Positions 15,311-20,000 of a DNA stretch of 20,000 nucleotides are shown here, one piece after another. This stretch comes from an uncultured virus (IMG/VR IMGVR_UViG_2740892424_000003). Its lineage: Duplodnaviria > Heunggongvirae > Uroviricota > Caudoviricetes. The notes beneath the pieces were generated by a model. It made no database searches and had not been told where the DNA came from. It saw nothing but the letters and a program-made list of their open reading frames with translations. The position numbers and the translations under genes were made by a program. Positions within the stretch are counted from its first letter, which is position 1; every line of letters starts with the position of its first letter. The stretch lies in the IMG/VR virus record IMGVR_UViG_2740892424_000003. One strand, given 5' to 3'.

Positions 15311-15731
15311 ATTTTGAATTTTTTCTATCTTTTAGTAATTGGCACTCATTAACTGATACGGCATAAACTTGATAAGAGTTCCAACGGGAGACCCGTCTTA
15401 GATCCTGACACTCCACGTAATTGTCAGACTTAAAACTTAATTTAATCTTGGTAGCAAAGGTTAAGATAGGCGCTATGGCGAAAATGACAATTAGCACGCT
15501 CCGTTGAAAAAGTTTGTCTGGATTTCCAATCTTTGCTACTGACATTAACACATGAGGAATCAACACAATGCCAACTAGCGGAGCACAGTAAGAAGCCCAA
15601 ATATTGGCAATGCCGCTAACCCTAAACGATGCAGATCCATTAGATAAAGTGGCATACAAATCATCTGATACCTGTTCAAATCCGAACCAGATAAAAGCTG
15701 CGGCAATGATCAGTCGTATGATATGAATCAT
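15309..15731 (-). CDS. DUF1240-like membrane immunity protein, Tmi-type (140 aa)
   Basis: Three hydrophobic segments plus C-terminal NYVEC...SR...VYA...C; ATGA-coupled to the upstream PAAR effector; AT-rich. Confidence 0.75.
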   Translation of the reverse strand: MIHIIRLIIAAAFIWFGFEQVSDDLYATLSNGSASFRVSGIANIWASYCAPLVGIVLIPHVLMSVAKIGNPDKLFQRSVLIVIFAIAPILTFATKIKLSFKSDNYVECQDLRRVSRWNSYQVYAVSVNECQLLKDRKNSK

Positions 15732-16786
15732 TCGGCCAACCTTTTAAGCGAGTTGCCAATCTCATCTGAGAATCCATAACGCTCATCTAATGCGTCTAGC
15801 TCACGACCCATAAAGAAAGAACCAAATGCAAAGAGAGCGCCAGTTACCAAAATTCCTGATACCGGTAGTGTCGCAACGACTAGAGACATGGTTACTAGCG
15901 TCATCATCCCCTTGATGATGTCACCAGAACTATTACCAACGAACTCGGCTAAGGTCGCCTCATCACGTAAGATGTAATCAGCAGCATTCACTCCTACAGC
16001 AAAGGCAATTTCTATCCCAGCATTTACTTTGACCCACCGAGCAGCACCTTTAACATCAGTTAAACCAATACCTATTTGAACAACTCGTGGATTACTCGAT
16101 TTCCATTTATTCCCTTTCATCAAGGTTTGAGCATGGCGGCGATAGTTCTTGATGATTACATAATCAATACCGTTGATATTCTTGGCATAAGAAATAACGC
16201 CTAATCCACCTAAGCCTTTGGCAGTTTGGGCAGCCGTTTTAACGCCATCTACCAAGTCGTGGTAGCTCTTAGTTGTACCCACTGCATCCTTACCACCCAT
16301 CTCAGAGTAAAGCGTCTGCAGCAGCTCTTTAGCCTCTGCCAATGAGAGTACAGCTATATCAGTTGGTGCCATGGTGTATACAACCTCTAGCGTCTTCCCC
16401 TGAGCAAAGTCATAGGGAGGCCAATAGGCATTTTTAACCGGTATCTCTACAGGCGTGACAGGTTGTGGTGCCGGTGCCGCTCGTCCTGCTGGTGCTTGGT
16501 CACCAATAACTACTGTCCCAGAACCAATGATGACACCGCCGCAATCAACTGCTCCGCCAGTTAAGGCTGCGGGCATTCCGTTGATAAAGACGGTAGAAGA
16601 ACCTGATGCAATTGATCTGGGGTGTGGTGGATTATTTGGTTTGTCATGAGGAGCGAGGGGATCACCAACACGGGCAGCAGGAATACCGTCTATGAACACA
16701 TCGGGCGACCCTGCAATGATAGCTGTAGGATGAAACCCATCATGGTCTGTACCAATATCACCTACTTTCGCAGCCTGTTTTGTCAT
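15728..16786 (-). CDS. PAAR-domain specialised T6SS effector with Tme-like membrane-disrupting C-terminus (352 aa)
   Basis: N-terminal PAAR domain (AAKVGD...IPAARVGD...MPAALTG, His/Cys ligands), Pro linker, then GLGGLG...YVIIK...NPRVVQIGIG and C-terminal TM helices; RBS GAGGA; adjacent to a DUF1240-like gene. Confidence 0.8.
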   Translation of the reverse strand: MTKQAAKVGDIGTDHDGFHPTAIIAGSPDVFIDGIPAARVGDPLAPHDKPNNPPHPRSIASGSSTVFINGMPAALTGGAVDCGGVIIGSGTVVIGDQAPAGRAAPAPQPVTPVEIPVKNAYWPPYDFAQGKTLEVVYTMAPTDIAVLSLAEAKELLQTLYSEMGGKDAVGTTKSYHDLVDGVKTAAQTAKGLGGLGVISYAKNINGIDYVIIKNYRRHAQTLMKGNKWKSSNPRVVQIGIGLTDVKGAARWVKVNAGIEIAFAVGVNAADYILRDEATLAEFVGNSSGDIIKGMMTLVTMSLVVATLPVSGILVTGALFAFGSFFMGRELDALDERYGFSDEIGNSLKRLAE

Positions 16787-17018
16787 CTGGATTCCTCATC
16801 GACACGAACAAAATATGCTCACGATATCATGGGCGCAAATGCAGCCCTAGATGCATGTTTCTGATTTTGTGCAGCCTGTGACAAAAAACGTCACAGATAA
16901 GATCAAAAAGAATTTGGTTTCCCTTAGTAACGATTACAACTGGTAGGCTTGTCGACTTTGTTGACGAAGAAGCAGAGCTCTCTGAGATGATGAAACAAGT
17001 GGTTAAGGCGAAGTTTGA

Positions 17019-17555
17019 ATGACGACTGTGCATGTTTCATGGCAGATGCGTGCCAGTGGATTGGTGGTCGCGTTACTCGGGATCGGTGGCGTTTGGATGG
17101 CCATGATATATGGTTCTGAATTCTTGGATCTGCTTGCACTGACACCTGCAGATCCGTTGCGAATGAATGACTGGCGAGGCTGGTTTGCAATCTTCATCGG
17201 CTTACTTGCGACCCCATTCATGCTGTATGCCGGTGGGAGATTGATGTTTTCCATTGCCATACCTGAGCCAGACCTTTCTTCAACGGCTGTTAAGCGACGG
17301 GGGATCGTTGTCATTTCTCTGATTATTGTTGCTGCTGTTTTGGGACTGCTGACGCAAAAAGCCAGTATGTCGAGTATTGAGCGTTTGGGATGGGAGCAGT
17401 GTTACGTCAAACAGACGAGCTGGCGTTTTGGCAAGGACCTCTACTCCCAAAATTGTGGTGCGCAAGGTCTCATGAAACTAGATCAGGCTTTCGACAAGCT
17501 CTCTCTGGAAGCACTGAAAGAGAAGCTTAACAAAGAGATGTTTGAGCAAAAATGA
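17019..17555 (+). CDS. Three-TM membrane protein resembling DUF1240/Tmi immunity (orphan, 178 aa)
   Basis: Three TM segments followed by GWEQC...SWRF...LYSQNC, echoing the neighbouring immunity protein's C-terminus. Confidence 0.6.
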   Translation: MTTVHVSWQMRASGLVVALLGIGGVWMAMIYGSEFLDLLALTPADPLRMNDWRGWFAIFIGLLATPFMLYAGGRLMFSIAIPEPDLSSTAVKRRGIVVISLIIVAAVLGLLTQKASMSSIERLGWEQCYVKQTSWRFGKDLYSQNCGAQGLMKLDQAFDKLSLEALKEKLNKEMFEQK

Positions 17556-17557
17556 GT

Positions 17558-17582
17558 AAGGGCCTTAGAGGCCCTTCGTTTT
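17558..17582. terminator. Terminator between convergent moron and tail genes
   Basis: AAGGGCCT-TAG-AGGCCCTT-CGTTTT. Confidence 0.7.
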
Positions 17583-19194
17583 ACTCGATGATGGGGGATA
17601 GCTGGCTGGCCAACTGCTTGGCTTGTTGGCCATGTCCTGTCATGGCCCCGCTGTTACCGGGTGCTGGCCCGCTGCCGTGGGTATGGCCGGCAGTGGCCGC
17701 GGCCAGCTGTTCCACCACGTTCATCAGCTGCAGCAGCAGCCTGAAGATGTTCACGCCCTCGGTCCCCATCCACGAACGGGGCGCCTCCAGGTGTTGCAGC
17801 TCGCCGGCAACAGCCCGGCGCAGCTGACCCACCACCTCGACCAGATCCCCCGCCGTGGTCTGGCTCATGTTGCCCAGACTCCCCAGGATGAGATCATCAC
17901 CTGCCAGCAGCTCGATGGCCCCCAGCGCCTCGATGAGCTTGAACCCGCCCACCGCCTCTATGCTGTGCTGTACCACCTGCAGTCGATGCTGGCCATGTTC
18001 CCCCAGGTAGTCGTCACTCTGGTGGTGCATCTGCAGGGCCTGGTCATGCAGGCGCCGGTCGGTGTGGCGGCTCAGGTTGCCCACGGTATCGGTGCGGCTG
18101 AACACCTCGGCCCGTTGTTGCTGCAGTTGCTCGCCCGGGGCGATGTCCGGCAGGGCCCAGCCGCTGCCGAGCACTGTACGGATAAAGGGCCGATCGGCCC
18201 GCCCAAAGGCAAAGCCCAGTTCAACCAGTGTCCCCTCGATGGGGAACTGCAGCAGGCCTTGCTCCTGCCCGCCGAACTGCACCGGCAGCGGCACGGCCCG
18301 ATAAAGTGGGGCGGCTTTGTCTGGTTGGCCATCTTCGCCTAGCAGTTGCACGTCCACCGCATAGCGGGGGCGAAAGGGGTCATTGAGCTGGCCGGCGCTG
18401 GCCTGATCGCTGATGGTCTCGACCCGCCCGAACTTGGGCAGGTGCATCTTGTCGGCCAGCTCCGGGAACTCCCCCTCTATCTTGCGCCGCTCTGGTGACT
18501 TGGTGACCTTGCCCGGGGTGGCCGTGGTCAGGGTCATTTCGTCACCCTTGAGCCGCACCCGTATCACCCGCTTGCCGTTGAGGATGGTGCCGGGACGGAT
18601 GGCCGGCACTGGTGACAGGGTCAGGGAGTCGCCTGCCTGGCGGCCTGACCAGGCGAGATCAAGCATGACCTCCTTGTCATGCCAGCGGCTGTCGGCGTGG
18701 CTGCCGACGAAGATGGCGCCATCGGGTTGCTGGTACCAGACAAAGTCAGGCACCTCAAAGGCGCGGCCAGCGTTATCGAGCAGCTGATAGCCGGTGCCCG
18801 CGCTGGTGAAGTTGGGGATCGGCCGGTCGGTGTAATCGCGGCCCTTGGGCAGCAAGAAGGTCAGCCCGGTTTGGTCGGTCAGCCAGGCCAGCAGGCCGCG
18901 CAGGGTGGCGTGTTGCTGGCTGACCGGCAGCCGAGAGCCCAAGGCGCCGGCCAGCTCACGGCACAGCAGTTTGCTGGCGCCATTGGCGGCAGGCTGCACG
19001 TCGTACACGTAACCGGTGAACCAGCGGCGCAGGTCACCGTTATAGCCGGTATCCAGGGTGAAGGTCTGCCCCTTGCGGGCGGTTCCCTCAATGGTCAGGG
19101 CGGCGCGGCCGCCGGCGTTGATGTCCAGCACCAGGTCGTGGTCGATGAGGTGCACCGGTTGGCCGGCGAGGGCCAGTGAAGTGGAGAGTTTCAT
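17581..19194 (-). CDS. HP1/K139-like baseplate hub-spike fusion protein (537 aa; last tail gene)
   Basis: Hub-like N-terminus, OB-fold-like middle (FPIEGTLVELGFAFGRADRPFI), beta-helix-like repeats and a C-terminal HTH tripeptide (HxH metal apex); very high GC3. Confidence 0.75.
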   Translation of the reverse strand: MKLSTSLALAGQPVHLIDHDLVLDINAGGRAALTIEGTARKGQTFTLDTGYNGDLRRWFTGYVYDVQPAANGASKLLCRELAGALGSRLPVSQQHATLRGLLAWLTDQTGLTFLLPKGRDYTDRPIPNFTSAGTGYQLLDNAGRAFEVPDFVWYQQPDGAIFVGSHADSRWHDKEVMLDLAWSGRQAGDSLTLSPVPAIRPGTILNGKRVIRVRLKGDEMTLTTATPGKVTKSPERRKIEGEFPELADKMHLPKFGRVETISDQASAGQLNDPFRPRYAVDVQLLGEDGQPDKAAPLYRAVPLPVQFGGQEQGLLQFPIEGTLVELGFAFGRADRPFIRTVLGSGWALPDIAPGEQLQQQRAEVFSRTDTVGNLSRHTDRRLHDQALQMHHQSDDYLGEHGQHRLQVVQHSIEAVGGFKLIEALGAIELLAGDDLILGSLGNMSQTTAGDLVEVVGQLRRAVAGELQHLEAPRSWMGTEGVNIFRLLLQLMNVVEQLAAATAGHTHGSGPAPGNSGAMTGHGQQAKQLASQLSPIIE

Positions 19195-19733
19195 GCCAGT
19201 ACGTCATCCATCGGTTTGAGCACATAGCGCTCGAAGCTGCTGAGATCCGGCTCACCATCCCCTTTGCCACCACCCTTGGCGGCACTGGTGTTATCGGTGC
19301 CCTGGCCCACGGTCGGGGCCGTCTTTGGCAGGCGTTGTTCGCGCTTCTCCGGTACCGAGTTGAACTCCTTCAAAGTGAACTGCACCTGCCAGGCTAATAG
19401 CCCCTCTTGCTCGCTGGCAGTGATGCGCCCAGCAAACTTGGCCTGGCGCACCTTCACCGACTTGGCCAAAAGCGAGCCGACCCGGTAGACGTGGCGCTTG
19501 CCGCCATCGCCCTTGGCATCGGCCAACTCAAACAGCCGGCTCAGCATGCGCTCATCCTTGAACGGGATGAGGCCGGAGACGTCGAGCTCCTTGGCCTTGG
19601 CGCCCTGTTCGGCGCTGCTGGTCGAGCTGGTCTGGCCGCTCTGGTCCTTGTCCTGAAACTGCATCGACGCAGAGACCCGCATCGATTTCATGATGATGGG
19701 CTCGCCATCGAGGGTCAGCATGGCTTGGCTCAT
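19191..19733 (-). CDS. HP1/K139-like baseplate/tail protein (180 aa)
   Basis: DKDQSGQTSST...EQGAKAKELDVSGLIPF motif; ATGA coupling at both ends. Confidence 0.7.
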   Translation of the reverse strand: MSQAMLTLDGEPIIMKSMRVSASMQFQDKDQSGQTSSTSSAEQGAKAKELDVSGLIPFKDERMLSRLFELADAKGDGGKRHVYRVGSLLAKSVKVRQAKFAGRITASEQEGLLAWQVQFTLKEFNSVPEKREQRLPKTAPTVGQGTDNTSAAKGGGKGDGEPDLSSFERYVLKPMDDVLA

Positions 19734-20000
19734 GGGGTTAACTCCTGCCAGAAGGTGAGCGGGGAGGGGGAGAGCAGCAGAGCCCCAACAGTCATGCTCT
19801 GGCTGTGGTCGGGTGGGGAGCTCTGCCCGAGCTGGGTGGCGAGGCTGGCCACATCCCCCTGGCCTTGCCAGTGCCAGAGCGTGCCGGACAGCTGGCCCAG
19901 CTGGGCAAGGGTCTCGGCGAGTTGTGCAAGGCGAGCGGTGCGGCGGGTCGCCAGCCCCTGCAGCTTGGCGATCGGGGGTCTGGCTATCCCGGGCCAGGCT
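19730..20000 (-). CDS. 3' end of an HP1-like tail-region gene (partial; absent from the ORF track)
   Basis: Translated by hand as ...PIAKLQGLATRRTARLAQL...PLTFWQELTP*; the stop overlaps the next ATG. Confidence 0.7.
   Translation of the reverse strand, partial: AWPGIARPPIAKLQGLATRRTARLAQLAETLAQLGQLSGTLWHWQGQGDVASLATQLGQSSPPDHSQSMTVGALLLSPSPLTFWQELTP

Larger units (their letters stand above)
13674..20000 (-). mobile_element. P2/HP1-like prophage, tail/cos end
   Basis: Baseplate genes, morons, putative cos and arm repeats adjacent to the tRNA-Leu att core. Confidence 0.8.

Noticed and set aside
15728..19194. T6SS vgrG-PAAR auxiliary cluster
   Set aside because: The 537-aa protein is coupled to HP1-like tail genes, ends in an HxH apex and is separated from PAAR by a convergent gene and terminator, so it is a phage spike rather than a T6SS VgrG.
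17552..19488. Plus-strand ORFs opposite the baseplate genes
   Set aside because: Antisense shadows of high-GC3 genes.

Overview
The window spans the junction of two tandem prophages in a GC-rich gammaproteobacterial genome; an Aeromonas-like host is inferred from codon usage and phage types. Left (1-~13670), the late-operon end of a podovirus-like prophage: a beta-propeller tail-fibre C-terminus, a chaperone, five putative DNA-ejection proteins, an antisense lipoprotein moron, a ~2086-aa polyvalent protein (InPase-like, HExxxH metallopeptidase, LPD38) and a small XRE-HTH accessory locus. Centre (13674-13732), the 3' half of tRNA-Leu(UAA), forming a hybrid att site with IHF and arm sites. Right, a P2/HP1-like prophage end on the minus strand: a HigB2/HigA2-type TA pair, a putative cos region, a PAAR-fused Tme-like T6SS effector with DUF1240 immunity plus a divergent orphan immunity-like gene, and baseplate genes. 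The best novelty candidates are (1) a fully overprinted 64-aa gene with its own RBS, codon bias and terminator-like hairpin inside the polyvalent gene, (2) an HTH gene flanked by two paralogous micro-proteins, one behind a switch-like structured leader, and (3) prophage-borne T6SS cargo. All family calls come from motif recognition, not database searches.
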